Assembly: GCA_030248215.1 (NCBI GenBank)
Contig: JASANG010000641.1
Coordinates: forward strand, 310,001 to 374,000
Length of the DNA stretch: 64,000 nucleotides
From: Enoplolaimus lenunculus
Taxonomy: Eukaryota
Direction: 5' to 3'
Shown here piece by piece: positions 27,550 to 40,484 of this stretch. How positions within the stretch are numbered: position 1 is the first letter of the stretch; each line of letters opens with the position of its first letter. The position numbers were made by a program, and so were the translations under genes. The notes below the pieces were generated by a model that saw only the letters and a list, made by a program, of their open reading frames with translations, was not told the DNA's origin and did no database searches.

Positions 27550-30500
27550 TAGTATATATAATATATATATCTGTTATTAAACTGATAATAGGTGCTACAC
27601 ACAGTGGACAAAACGCCTATTTATGTTACAGGTACAACGTGTCCGAACATTATTTTTGGCTCGAAGGTCCAGTTGCTCAAGTAATAGTCAGTAGAGTACC
27701 AAATTTGACCTCGCATGCGGAACGTGAAAATCTATTTACGATGATTCATGCATTTGAAAATACCTCTAAAACAATGGAATCGAACGCAACTCATTTTTGG
27801 TTGCCAGACTATTTGGCTTATTTGGCTCGTATCGGCTATAACATATCGTCGCCTGAGATTAACACCGACGAAATTTGGGGTCCACGATTACATTATTGGA
27901 TAACAAACGGTTAGTCGTTTAGTGGCAAGGGTCGTAGCCAGAATTTTATTTCGGCAGGCTACAGGCTCATCGAACAAGAAAAAACTTTCTATCCCTATTT
28001 ATCCTGAAAGTGATTCTAAAACCTGATAAATGTGCTGTTTTTCTTCGTATTACTCTAGAATTTTCGGGAGAAGATATATATACGTTTATTCGTTTGCTTT
28101 TTTTACGGCCACGTTTAGTACTGATTAGCCTAGTATCAGTTGTAACAGGTCGTAGAGAGGCCAAATAGTTGTCCAAGGAGGTATGCCTACCAATATTATG
28201 TTCCAACAGCGGTGAAGACTCTTTTACGGTCAATAAAACCGGGTCCCTCTTTGGCTACTGTAGTAACCCGAGTAAAAGAGGCGACTGATAATGATTTGGC
28301 CTGTCCGGAGGGCACCCCTCTCACTGATATTCGGTTACGGACTGTTATTTATTTTTAACCCCCCTCCTCCGCCCTTCGTTATGATATATCCGGTATTGCA
28401 ACCATCCGTTGAATAAAACGTTTGTCTTGTACCAATAGCACGAGCGATAACGCAAGGTTATATTTAGGAATGTACTTTCAAAACATAAGTATGCTTTAAA
28501 CTTTTAAACTCAACTGTATTTGGAATAATTGACAATTATAGACAGTAATTACGGCTTAGGTACTCTATCCGCTTACGGTAGTTATTAGAAATACAGACTC
28601 CTTTTGGCTGGGACTCTAAACAGGGACCTCTCTTATTTCCCCCTATTATTTGGTTCACTACGGCACCGATGCGTAATATCGGTGTCCCAAGAGTGTTCCC
28701 ACATAAACCATAAATTATTAAGCTTGCTTAGGATAAGACCTACGCTTACATTTTGAAATACGCTTAAGGTTAGAGGGTCCATGTCAAAATCAGGGGCGGA
28801 ACATTTTTCTGCTTAACTAGAAAAGAGTACGTTTAAGCTTTAGACTATTTTTTTTGCTTGACGTAGGCTTAGGCTTAGGCTTGGGAATATGCTCATTCTT
28901 ACGGTTAGGCTTAGACTTATGCTTAGGAATATGTTTATAATACTGTACCGCCCCTGCTGTTTACAATGGCCGTTTAGGGCTAAGCTTGAGATTTTGACAA
29001 AAGTGTACAAAACGTTTTATTTCGCAAATTTTGCCAGAAAAGGGCCAAAATTCAAATTTCAGGTAACGGAAAAACCAGTTGGGCCGATGATGTGGCGTGG
29101 AACACAACTAAACGAGACACTACTTTCAACAATGAAAATGGAGCTGATATGACTGCGTTTAGATTTCGTGTTGGGTTGCGGAATTATATTAAACCGCAAG
29201 ATCATAGACATGCCGCAGTTTTGTTGCGATCAATTGCAGATTCGTTTCCGGAATATAATATTTCAGTGTATCATATGTGGTTTCCGTTTGTCGGTGAGAA
29301 TATAGCATTTTTGTCGGCCCATTTATAGAACAGAGCTGTAACAGTAGTGTAAGCATATTCCTAAGTCTAAATGTAATCCGAAGCCCACGAGTAACCCTAA
29401 GCCTAAAGCAAACCGCAACGATGCGCCTATTCAAGCTTAAGCCTAAGCCTAAGCCTAAGCATAAGCCTAAGCAAAAAAAGTTAATCTATAGCTTAAACTG
29501 ACTCTATTACAGCCCAGCCGATAAACAATCCGGCCCTGTTCTATACATGAGCCGTTTAAGCTCGTAGCAAGGTCAACATGCTAGGTGAGCTACAATTCAG
29601 AAATGCCATGTGAGGATTTCACACAACTGAGGGTGGCGTTATGGTTGTCGTGCGGTGTGTCAAACGCCGTCCGTCGCCGTCCGTTACCATACGGTATCGA
29701 AGGTTGAGTTACGGACGGCGTTGGACGTCATCAAAAGTATAGCGCACCCTAACAAGTAGTGTTAAGACTTTTTGCAAAAAGTTTCCCTAAGGCCCCTGGC
29801 CATTCTGGTGCGTCTATATTTTCCATCGCCCCCCCTCCTCGTAATAAAATAAAATTGTGACGAGAAACTATCGAATTCTATTAAATTAGCGCTAGCGCAG
29901 GGGGAGCGGGGCGAAGTAAACAAACACGCAATTGGCTGCGGAATTGAAACAATTGTGCAAAAAACTCAACGCGTAAAACTGGTGTTTGAATCAGCGATAA
30001 AAGTGCGGCATTGGACCCGGCGGGTTCCCATGTGGTACAGTATGCGCGGCGAAAATGGCCACCCTTTTGGGGCACGCTGCCCCATACGGGCAAAAATGGC
30101 ACAAAAATACGGAAATAAATTACCCCTCTCGGTTTCGAAATTTTATCAGCTCAAAAGTGTTTGCCTGAAAGTTTTGTTGACAAATTTTTAGCGTTCATCA
30201 AGTTTTTTCCATCCGCAGCGTTTAAGTACTAAAATCGGAGCCCGTATTGTCAAATGTGTGTAGCACCTATCATCAGTTGGTAATAGGTCCTTTAACTTTC
30301 GTACTAGCGCATGATAAGGTTCGAAATTCAGCGCATTGTTCGCCGGTTGATTTGCTCTACTACTGTACCAATTTTGAGATCTGAAATTGCAGATGTTTGT
30401 CAGTTTGAAAACCTATCGTTAACTGATGTTAGGTGCTGTACGCATTTGAGAATATGTGCCCAGTTTAAAACTACATATACTGAATGAGCATAAGTCATGA

Positions 30501-33024
30501 AATGATAAACTAAATGCATAAAAATATCGAGAGAAATTTAAAAATAGCTGAAAACTGTTAATTTGTTTGTTATAAAACTACTATTTTTATGGAACACATG
30601 GGGTCATGAGTTTTCGTGGGGCATATGTGGGTCATAGTTTTTAATGAGCCCCATGGACATCTCATGCGTTGCCAGAAGACTATCCAATAGAGGGCGGTGG
30701 TGTTTGTCCAATAGTTTTGAAAAAAAACATGATTTCTGTTACTAATAGACACTGATTGAAATAAAATAGATTCATACATAAATTCTCGCGCACATAAACG
30801 CAACCAGTACCTAATCATTTGAGACTAACTGAATCGTGTTAAGCACCAACGTTAACTGGAGCATACTCCAAAATACGTGTAGCAGTGGGCGTTTCAACTT
30901 TATTAATATAGATTAAATTTGCAAATTACGTTCCAGATCAATACATCATAATAATTCCGAATACAATGCAAAATATTGGAATTGCACTAATTTGCATGAT
31001 CGGAATTGCTGTTTTGCTTATACCTGACGCGCCGTGCGCAGCGCTTGTAACGCTATCAATCATTTCAATTGACGTTGGTGTTATTGGTTATATGACATGG
31101 TGGAACGTCAACTTGGATGCGATTTCAATGATTACTGTTATTATGTCTATTGGTAAATTTGCCCTAAAAATAACCTTGATCTGTATATTTGGTTATTTTT
31201 ATGGTTAGACTATACTTTTATGTTTCACTTGCGATGCCGTACGTCGCTGTGCGGTAATACAAATAAAACTAAATTTCAAAAGTTGCCACGCGGCATCGTC
31301 TGTTTTACAGTCATTTTTGACATGGGTGTTGCGCAAATCTCAGTCTAACAAATGTTTAGTTCAAACAATTACAGCTAAAGCGGTATTCTATGCCGCCAAA
31401 CGACGCTTGCAATGCCGTATTTCAAATATTATATTTACTATACAAAACTTGTTCACAAATTTTCAATCATTTTTTTGCTTCAGTTTAACGAACTCTCAAT
31501 TATACTTTGGCCATAGGCTTGTTTGTTCTAAGTATAAAGCAAGTCTACATTCTAGAAATACATACCTAATTTCAAACATGCATTTACGGGTGGTGAGCGC
31601 GCACGGATGCTCCGTTGCGGCCATTTTCCCGTAGCTGATTAAACTTTTCTGCACAATTCCTCACCTACAAAATTTGTTGGCCCCACACACGTCTAACGGA
31701 ACATAGTGTTTCAGGTTTTGCCGTTGACCTATCAGCTCATATCTCATACGCGTTTACATTGCATCCAAATTGTAAACAAGAACCTAAAGTTGCCGCAACG
31801 CATGCGCTTGGTGAACTTGGCTGGCCAGTATTCCAAGGTGCAGTATCGACAATGCTCGGTGTTATCATTTTAGAATCGGTTGACGCGTATGCGATTGTGA
31901 CGTTTTTTAAAACCGTATTTTTGGTGATGATACTTGGTCTCACTCACGGACTGGTATTTCTGCCGGTATGCTTGGCGTACGGTCGGTTATTTAGTAACAA
32001 ATTGCACTCAGCTTGCCGTAAACCAAAACTACAACCTTGCAACAGCCAAAATGGTGCGGTCGAAATGCAGTTTTCCTCAACGAACAGCCAGTCTTCAGAT
32101 CAAAACGGCTCGCGACAACTTCCGCCAGTAGCAATTAACCGTGCGCTTGGTTCTATGGCACAACCCGAAACGGGTAATATCGAACATCGTTCGCTGAAAC
32201 CACCAAAACCTAAACCAAAAGGCCAAGCGCATATCATACTACGTAACGGTTCAGTAAACGCGGTGCCTAACACCAACTGCAATCAGCACAAGATAAGCCA
32301 TCAGTCCACGTCTGAATTACAAGATCACAAAACCGCAGATAATTCGGTGACCAGAATATCACATTTACAAAATTACGGAAATTCCACAAAGTCGTCCAAC
32401 AATGAATTTGAACTGACCGATGACAGAAACTTGAACTCAATTCAACCGAATGGTTCAGCTTTAATGCTTGAAAGCAAAAGTCAAATGAACTACGCTGTGA
32501 TCGCTAAACGTGTGCCACTCTCTGGAGCCTTAGTAACCCAAGTTGAAGCTAGCCAACTTAACTCCAAGTACCAGCTAGTCTCGAGTGAATCAGCGAATAG
32601 TAGCGCAGAAACATCGGTGAAAGAAATGACATCACTGAACGATTTAGACCAAAACGAAACTAAACTTACTCGCCATTTAGCGACTAAAGGTGGCCGACTC
32701 CAATCTGTAGACGTTGGTGCGACGCTAAATGTGACAGCCACCGCAGAACTTGACAATACTCCTCCATCAGAGCGCAGCAAACCTGTTGGACGATCGAGAA
32801 ATTTTGTATCGAATCGCAACTTTGCCCGAGCTGAAGTTGGCAGAAATGTAGTTGTACCTGTGACAAGAACTGCGTACCGACTTGCAAATAACAGGCAAAA
32901 ATCAAGTAAACACGAAAATGCTGCCAGCAAAATTTGCGATGCAAATATCACCGGTTCGAACCCAACGCGGGGTGATCCAAAACCTCTAATGTCAAACGGA
33001 TATGTAGTTCGAACAGAAAGATGA
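16276..33024 (+). CDS. Patched-related (PTR / PTCHD3-like) sterol-sensing-domain RND-type membrane protein, 12 exons, about 1270 aa
   Basis: Exons 16276-16473, 17137-17312, 18935-19289, 20665-20914, 21319-21429, 22829-23010, 24080-24236, 26610-26958, 27632-27909, 29063-29293, 30937-31152, 31715-33024. GT-AG introns, phases are consistent, total 3813 nt. Motifs: SKP, MPFLVVSIGIDDMFIML, SITITSVTD.LSFGIG, GVIGYM.WW.VNLDAISMI..IMSIGFAVDLSAHI, GWPVFQGA.STMLG, FFKTVFLV..LG..HGLVFLP. The start codon is the least certain element. Confidence 0.92.
19339..19592. mobile_element. CACTG-terminal MITE copy (reverse orientation)
   Basis: cactgtaaattccaatgagt ... ctggactttacagcg. Confidence 0.82.
21868..22141. 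mobile_element. TTAGGC-bearing MITE with internal duplication, followed by two extra right ends (to about 22680)
   Basis: Perfect TSD cacccttg (21860-21867, 22142-22149). Right end plus flank recur near 22540-22585 and 22630-22680. Confidence 0.8.
23763..24072. repeat. Direct tandem duplication of an approximately 155-bp unit just upstream of PTR exon 7
   Basis: attcttttct.cacagaatgtataccca ... aattgatcagtaattgt occurs twice in tandem with few substitutions. Confidence 0.9.
24527..24703. mobile_element. TTAGGC-bearing MITE
   Basis: ggccaatgtatagaac ... cgttccgcccctgatctttgcatgtgcc. Confidence 0.8.
24780..25904. mobile_element. 1.1-kb element with apparently identical 245-bp inverted arms (possibly Kolobok-like: TTAA|AGTGCCCC...GGGGCACT|TTAA)
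   Basis: 24780-25024 is the reverse complement of 25660-25904 with no mismatch found by eye. The spacer is about 635 bp. Lies in PTR intron 7. Confidence 0.85.
25987..26056. repeat. Exact 35-bp tandem duplication
   Basis: actaacttaccaagattattaagtcactcataacc occurs twice. Confidence 0.9.
26533..26587. repeat. Exact 26-bp tandem duplication upstream of PTR exon 8
   Basis: ataagagacactaccgtgtccttatg occurs twice. Confidence 0.9.
27467..27570. repeat. (TA)n microsatellite
   Basis: Directly visible. Confidence 0.97.
28258..28663. mobile_element. Copy of the TA-TSD MITE family (opposite orientation to 2832-3276)
   Basis: ta|ctgtagtaacccgag, shared internal sequence (ttggcct.tcc.gaggg.acccc, cccttcgtta, tatccggta). 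Confidence 0.8.
28776..28971. mobile_element. TTAGGC-bearing MITE
   Basis: TIRs present, flanks ggttagag / gtttaggg. Confidence 0.82.
29316..29553. mobile_element. TTAGGC-bearing MITE, 22 nt into PTR intron 10
   Basis: ggcccatttatagaacag ... ccggccctgttctatacatgagcc with cctaag array. Confidence 0.82.
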
Positions 33025-33109
33025 CGATATAACGACACATTAATTCAGAATATATACAAGCTACTGTTTGCGTAGCTCGCGAATCATACAACCTCGTTAT
33101 AGGCGTTCC

Positions 33110-33267
33110 GGGCAATATATATAACAGGGGCGGAACAGTATTATAAGCATATTCCTAAGCCTATACTTAAGCCTAAGCCTAAGCCAAGCAAAAAATGGTC
33201 TAAAACTTAAGCTTTCTCTATTCCAGTCCTACAGAAAAAGTCTCCGCCTCTGATCTTTACATGGGCC
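33110..33267. mobile_element. TTAGGC-bearing MITE, about 85 nt after the PTR stop codon
   Basis: TIRs present, TSD ggcgttcc / ggcgtttc. Confidence 0.87.
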
Positions 33268-34759
33268 GGCGTTTCGGTTTTTGATTACTTTCCTTACTTA
33301 CGTTTATTAAGATTAAGCTTTAAGTTTAAGCTTCTACTCCGCTAAAAAGTAGGCTTTCAGCTTAAGCAAAGGGTTAGAGAGGTATATAAACCTAAGTCTA
33401 AAGCTAAGTGCAAGAATGAGAATATTCCTAAGCCTAAGCCTAAGTCAAGCAACAAAATAGTCTAAAGGTTTTTGTCAGAATTTTATACAGGAATCTAAGT
33501 TTTATATACTTAACTGTTTTCTACACCATATTAAAAATATTCTAAATGTTCATTCTAGGAACTGTTTGGTGTAGTCCAAACCACGGCCGGCGTAATCGGA
33601 GAGCAAAAGGAAAACTTCCTTCTCGTCATTTTTTGATATAAAGGCATATTGGCCCACTTTTTAGATGCTAAATTTTGCAAAAGCGTATTAATTTAATCGT
33701 GCGCGAATAGATGTATTAATTATCGTATTTAGCGCTTTCCGGCGACAACTTTCAGACTAAACGACAAAGTCCGCCAGTTCGCGCAACTCTACATTTGATA
33801 TTAACATAATGCGCAAACTGTATACAAAATGTTCCGCATTGCAATAAACATTATGCGGACATGTTTTATTTGTAGCCAAAATGTATGCACACAGTTTCGC
33901 AATAACAGTATATGTAGCCTTTTTAAAGCAGTATAGGGTATGATGGATGTGCAGAGTGCGCGTATGCTAACGTATGAGTGACACAGGTTCCAAGGTACAC
34001 CTTGGGACCCATTAAAATTTTTAGTCAAAAAGTTTGACAAATGATATATCATTAAATGCAACTTGCAGAGATGAATATAATGATGTTAAAATTTTTCTTA
34101 TTTAGACGATTGGTTAACAAATTAGGGTCAAAGAACTAATTTAGCGCCGTCCTAAATCGTTGGCAGCGCGTCAAATCAGTTATTTAACCATAATCCGTTA
34201 CCCAATCGTATAATTACGGTAAATTTAACACCATTAGACTCAGCTTTGAAACTTGTATTGAATGACATATAATTTGTCAAACTTTACTTAGCGCGATATA
34301 CTCCGCGGTTGCAAACGATCGTGGTTTAAAGTACATGAATCATTCCGGTACCATCCGCTCGCCTGTTTGTACGAGGCCCACCGGTAAAGGCAAATTTCGA
34401 ACCTATGAAGAGTTGTCTCCAGTGTTTACAACTGGTAGCGTTTGTAGCCTTAAAATCAGCAACAGGTTCGATTTGTACACTGATCCTTATTGAGGTCATT
34501 TGGTCAAATATTTACATTAGCGCGAGTATTATAAACGTGGATGATCCATAATTGTGTGCAACTTGAAATGTTGTGGCTCATATACTTTGTTCCGAAAGAC
34601 ATACAGAATAAGGTAGAAAAAGTATATTTCATCTTGCAGCACCGCGTGCGCTATGTCTAGTTATATCTTACTCCGCAACGAGCAAGTCAGAGTGTTACCC
34701 TTTTAACTGGTCTTTTAGTCTTCCAGGCTGTTAAAATCGCTTTATGTGTTATGGGCGCT

Positions 34760-34939
34760 GGCCCATGTATAGAGCAGGGCCGGATCGTTTTTTGGAGGGG
34801 CTATAAGAGAGTCAGTTAAGCTTTTAGGCTTAGGCTTAGGAATAGGCTCATCCATACGCTTAGGCTTAGACTTCAGCTAAAGGCATAGGCTTAGGAATAT
34901 GCTTATACTACTGTTTAAGCCCTGTTCTATACACGGGCC
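34760..34939. mobile_element. TTAGGC-bearing MITE
   Basis: ggcccatgtatagagcagggc ... gccctgttctatacacgggcc. Confidence 0.85.
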
Positions 34940-35622
34940 TATGCACTGATCATTCATCTGCTTTGTATTTTTGTGTCGTAGCCACTGTAAACTTTTCAGC
35001 TTTGAAACTTAGGAAACCGGTTGTAAATACCCCAAATTTTGTCCGCGTGCCGGTTTTTAATGCTCGGTATAGCTGTAGAGGCTTGCCAGCAAAAATTTTC
35101 TTGTGTCCAATTCTTCCAGCATCCAGGGCGACCAGTGACCCATCCTATCAGTCTCCCAATGTCTCTGGCTGCCAGTCTCTCAGTGTACTAGTTGGTAAAC
35201 AGGAAATAAGCGGTATTTTAAAACGATTTTAATTTGCTAATCTAAGCAAATATCTTTAAAGTATTTCAAAAAATGTTTGATGTTATACTTATTTTTTCAG
35301 AAGTTCATACGATTAGCTTTGGATAGCAATCATTGCAGCGGAACGCATCTAAACGTTTTTCTGTGAACGTATGAAAATTTTTCCAACCTAAATTGGCGAA
35401 ACATCACTCAAAACTGTACCAAAACAAAAAATGGAAGGTCGATTTCCAGTATCCCAGTTTTACGACGCTTTTGTCTCCCAATTTCACAGTCTACCAATGT
35501 CCTAGTATCCCAATGAGCAGGCTCGTATTATTAACACGGGCCTGTGGAAAGCTAGAAAAGTGAATTCGTAAAAATCAAAATATTTCACTTTTACTAATGT
35601 TTGTGTATTTAATAATCATTAG

Positions 35623-35834
35623 GGCCCTTGTATATAACAGGACCGGAATGATTTTTTGCGGGACTGTAGAGTACTCAAACTTTAGACTATTTTTGCTTAC
35701 GATTTAGGCTTAGGGTTAGGTTTAGGCTTAGGTATGGCTCACCCTTACCTTAGTATTACGCTTAGCCTTAAGCTTAAGTTTCGGTTTAGAAATATGGTTA
35801 TACTACTGTTCCGACCCTGTTCGATATGTTGGCC
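35623..35834. mobile_element. TTAGGC-bearing MITE
   Basis: TIRs present, flanks atcattag / gttattag. Confidence 0.82.
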
Positions 35835-35958
35835 GTTATTAGTTAATAATAATTTGATCGAAGCCTACGAACCAAACATTAAAACCTGAAATAAGTTAGC
35901 TAGTGGCAAATGTGATCGATGTTTTGATGTGGTGATTTTAAGAACCGCTTCAGAATAA

Positions 35959-36228
35959 AGTCCTATTCACACGTGCAAGTTTTTGCTGCGAGAACTTGCA
36001 GCTGCAAATTGCACGCAGAATTCGCATTTTTTTTCAACCAATAAGAAAGTGGCTGCAATAAATTTGGAGAACTTACATGGTTATTCAACGTGAACAAAGC
36101 TTTTAGCTGCGATTTTTTTGAATTATTTGCAGCTGCAAGTTTTTCCAATAAGATTTCTGACAAAACTTAAAAGTGCAAATTACAGCTGTAAGTTCTCGCT
36201 GCAAAAACTTGCACGTGTGAATAGGGCT
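35959..36228. mobile_element. Palindromic MITE with TAA TSD (PIF/Harbinger-like inferred)
   Basis: taa|agtcctattcacacgtgcaagtttttgc ... gcaaaaacttgcacgtgtgaatagggct|taa. Confidence 0.85.
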
Positions 36229-36729
36229 TAAGTTTTCAACTCACTTGTGCAGTAGCGTTAGACATGTAAATGGGAGGAGTATACCATGTCATTTTTATCA
36301 AATTAAAAGCGTGTGACAGTGAACATTAAAAGGTTGCTGTATGTGCAATTTGTTAGTCAACCAACATTCAAATTGTGAACAAGTTCCCGTATTCTCAGTG
36401 TGTGTAACACCTATTACCAGTTGGTGATTGTCCTTATAACTTTTGAACCAGCGAATACTGAGGCTCAAAAATCTGGATATTTTTCGTATGATTTCCTTAT
36501 TGTACCAATTTTGAGGTGAACAACTGCAATAGTTAGTGCTGTCAGCGGCAGACCAAATTTACATGTAAATGTCTTCAGAAATAAGCATTTATGACAGAAA
36601 AACAATTGCGTCACAATCCCAAATCTTCAAAAATGATAATTTTACAACATGATTTTTTAGAAACGCCACTATAAGCAATCTTTATATCTACTTCTATTTG
36701 TGAAGTTGTTTTGGCATAGTTTAGGCTTT

Positions 36730-39700
36730 ATGGCAGAGAACGTTTTCCTGTTCGTTCCCAATATTATTGGTGAGGAAAAGCACTTTAATGTTTTGATTTT
36801 GAAGTTTTGTGTGACATTCAAATTTATCTAAAGCTTTAATTTCACATTTATGGCTGATTGTTTAATGGAAATTATAACCCGCCGATAAATACAAAATCTT
36901 TTCATTTTCACAGCTGTTTGTTTGGGCTATCAATGTGTTTCCCGTATTCTTGTATCTTTGAGTATTCTTGACTTGTACTGCAAAACTATTTTAGGCTATT
37001 CTCGGATTGCACTGCTACTTATATCGCTTTGGTTTATGCCAAGTGACCCATGGAAAACGGCGATCTGTTACATGCTGAGCCAAATATTGGACGCGGTTGA
37101 TGGTCATGCAGCTCGGTATCTCAACCAATGTAAAGCAGCTGTAAAAAATATTTTTTATTACATTGTTATGAAATATATATTGCTTTAAAAACCTAGGTGA
37201 AAACTGCAAAATAATAAATAATATATCAGGGTGCAACCGAAATTACCATTTACCGAAACGGGAATTTGAAGAAATTACTGGAACCGGAAAATGAAAAATA
37301 CGTGTCACCAAAAATTCATTTTAATTTTTTGCTCTATTATTGGTGAAATAACCCTAGTTGGAGATAGATATTCACTTTATCGCTGTGCTTAAAGCACAAT
37401 AGACTAGTACGTTACTTTCACAAACCACATGTTCGTAGCTTTGTGAGTTGCGTCCGTATTTCTGTCAACCAGAGAGTGGTTTCAAAGAAGTGCACTCTCT
37501 GTATTCTGTATTGTCGCTGTTACAATTTGAGAAAATGTTTGCGTTGTTTCTGAAACGCGACAGCGATGTTGGTACAGCTGTTGAACAAGACACGTGTTGG
37601 AAACCATAATAAATTAGTTTCGTTAAACTGCTTTGCAAAGCTGTACTCATCGAACAAACCGTAAGTTTCTGAAAATTTAATGTGCGGTCGCTGGATTCAG
37701 ACAGTTCTTCAACTCACCTGATTGATAAAGCCCCCGTTTTTTAACTGCTTCGTAACAGTCCTTTTGACTCGAGATAACGCCACTCGTTCCCACGCAGCAA
37801 CAATCATGATACTACATGAACACACACGTGAAAGCGAAGGTTGCATCTATATTGTAATTCAGGAAAGCAAGAGCGCTTGTAAAATTAGAGCTATCCGTTT
37901 TATTTTGCATGTTGAGCCGTTTGCAATCTTAGACCTTTATGAAAAACGAACACCAGCTGCCGTGAAATACGAAAAATAAAAAAATGCAATGGCATAAAAA
38001 CAACGAACATGTTATTAGCATCCAAGAACAAGCGTAGAATTGCAAACCGTAGCAGCATGCTTTCGCGTCTTAACAAATACTACATTGATCTTGACAGAGC
38101 GATTGATGGCCATGATCTTAGCCGGGCTATAGCATCGCTTAGCGCGTTATAGTCCGCTGTTCCGAACGATCGTGTTTTTCAGTAAGTGAATTTTTCTGGT
38201 ACATCCGCTCCACTGCTTATGCGAGACCCACCTGTCAACACTAACTTCATGACTGCATATGAGGAACTGTCTTATTTGTGTGCGACGGGTGGCGTTTGTA
38301 ACCGTAAAATCGGTGTAACACACTCTGGATTTTTAATTTTATTTCATTGAGTGAAAAGTTTCACGGTATTTGGGTCCACAACCGTAAATACTGGCAGGTT
38401 TTTACAGAATACTGGTATCCGTGTTTGCTGGATATTAAACCGGAACCGAACATTCGGTCACACCCTGATTCAGAAAGCGCAATTAACGCGGAATTCTTAT
38501 AACCGCGAAATCGTATACTTGTTTAGGTTCTCGACTGGGTGCCATGTTGGACCAGCTGACAGATCGTTGTTCAACACTTTGTTTGTTGATGATGTTGACA
38601 CATTTTTACCCTCGTTTCGCATTCCTGTTTCAATTAAGTTCCGCAATTGATATTGGTAGTCATTGGTTACATTTGCATAGGTAAAATTGAAATTTGGTGC
38701 AAAACCATGCCAGTATTGACCATTTTCTATTAAAAAATATAGTGTTAAGGATGAATCGATATTTTTGTTTGGCGCATGTTTTCGCAACTAATGTCAGCTC
38801 ATTGTCTGTTACGTTTGAATTGATGTTGTTTGTTTCAAATTTGAACAGTTTACTATTTGCTAAGGCTGGGAAAGTTGTATTTTTCGTTGCTTTCAAACCT
38901 GTCCAGAGATTGGTCATTAACGCTTATGTATGTGTTTGACATACAGTCCTGATCTGGATGGCACAAGTAACAAAGAGTCTTTATTGTGTAATCACTGTTT
39001 CAGTTCTGACATTCGTGGTGGGGTTCATTACAAAAAAGTGCAAGTCACCAATGCCATGACTAAAATCTTGCACTATTATTATACATCCCGAGTAAGTGTA
39101 TTAGTGTAATCTTTAGTGCACTCGTACTTTGTGTTGTAACAATGCTGAGGATTTTTGCAACGGTATATGCACTTGAGCGGATATAGAGTATTGTATGAAG
39201 TTGGTTATGGTATGACATTTCTGATTAACATTTTATGATCCGTTTAACTGTATGTACAATGTATTAAAATTGGCTTATGGCAAGAGTAATATTGTCAACA
39301 ATTGCAGCATTCTTATGTGATTAAAAACGTGTTTGATTAGCCGAAAATAGAATGATCACTTAAAAAAGAAAACTATTATTTTTCACATCATTGTTTTTTG
39401 ATTATTTTAGCCGTTCTTATTCTTCATGTGCGCTGCAAACGAGCTTTTCTATTGCAGTCTGTACTTGTACCATTTTACAGCCGGGCCAGCGAGTAAGTTT
39501 TGTTAATACAGTTAGTTTAGTTGCATTTTATATTACACATCGTGTAGACAACATAGATTGTTCCGTAAATATATTGCAAGAGATCTAGTGCTATGGTACT
39601 TATGGCATGTGTTACTTTGAGGGGAGAACCGTTTTTTTCGCTGTCATATTATACAGTAAGCTTATGCTCTAGACTCTTGCATATGATAATGCTTATCCAT

Positions 39701-40484
39701 ACTGTGAGGCTTAGGAATATGCTTATAATACAGTTAACGCAGCGTGCAAAGCGGAATTATACTATATCGGAATCAGAACAGCAAATTCATACCAGAGAAG
39801 CGAAACTACAAGTTTTGTGACATCGGGTATTTATATATTAACAATTACATTGTTAACTTATGGTGTTTGTTTGCTGTCCACAATTTTCCAAAGCGTCGCA
39901 TGAGCCAATTCGCGATGATTTTTTGGTTTGGTAAAGCTAAACTACAATCATTTATTGCTAAGTTTACTCAAAATCAATTTAATAGATAAACGATGCAGAA
40001 TTTTTATGCAACATTACTTATCACAATAAGTAGGCATAAAATAAGCAGGCATAAAATTAAAATGTCAAAATTCCGATCGACTGTGCAATCGGAATCGGAA
40101 CTCTTTTTGAATCGAAATTCTAATCGGAGGCGGAATTCCGGTTGCACCCTGCAGTTACGCCTCTCAAAGTAACATTTGCCGTGGTTATGGTTTTGTTCTA
40201 GTATATAAAGTATTTTTAGTATTTGTTAACTGTTGTCATACATAGTATTTGTTGTTGATGCGGTTTTAGTTCCTTTGATTCGTGTTGGCCTGTGGGCTGT
40301 GACAGCTGTGCTGTCAGCACCGTTTTCGTTCCTCAAATCTGTGATCAGTTTGATTCATTTGTACGAAGCGGCACACGCAGTTGTTCGTGTTGATGAGCGG
40401 GAGCGACGCCGAAATGTTGAAATTGTTGACGCTGATATGCGAGCGGCTGTTGCTAGTGGTAGTAGTGCTTTCAAACGTGAATGA
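36730..40484 (+). CDS. CDIPT: CDP-diacylglycerol--inositol 3-phosphatidyltransferase (phosphatidylinositol synthase), 6 exons, about 237 aa
   Basis: Exons 36730-36769, 36995-37129, 38527-38680, 39004-39091, 39411-39492, 40270-40484 (714 nt, phases are consistent). Starts MAENVFLFVPNIIGYSRI. Contains the CDP-alcohol phosphotransferase motif LDAVDGHAARYLNQCSRLGAMLDQLTDRC, plus DIGSHWLH, YYTSR.FLFFMCAANELFY and LKSVISLIHL. Confidence 0.93.
37227..38467. mobile_element. Possible 1.24-kb hAT-like relic filling most of CDIPT intron 2
   Basis: cagggtgcaaccgaa ... ttcggtcacaccctg with accgg/accgt subterminal motifs. No TSD and no recognisable transposase. Confidence 0.45.

Noticed and set aside
27399..27631. 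YIYIYI-containing ORFs
   Set aside because: Translation of the (TA)n microsatellite. The true exon begins at 27632.
32490..33038. 182-aa antisense ORF over the PTR last exon
   Set aside because: Shadow ORF of a long coding exon with no recognisable motif.
37465..37979. Transposase remnant inside the CDIPT intron 2 element
   Set aside because: No recognisable DDE or hAT dimerisation motif in the translated frames.
556..40269. Intron-hosted telomerase RNA (GCCUAA template) candidate
   Set aside because: The GCCTAA matches examined lie in MITEs or long tracts. No isolated template with supporting structure could be identified by eye.
451..40484. Operon of the three co-oriented lipid/peroxisome-related genes
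   Set aside because: The gaps between coding regions are about 7.3 kb and 3.7 kb and full of MITEs. Nothing in the sequence supports polycistronic transcription.
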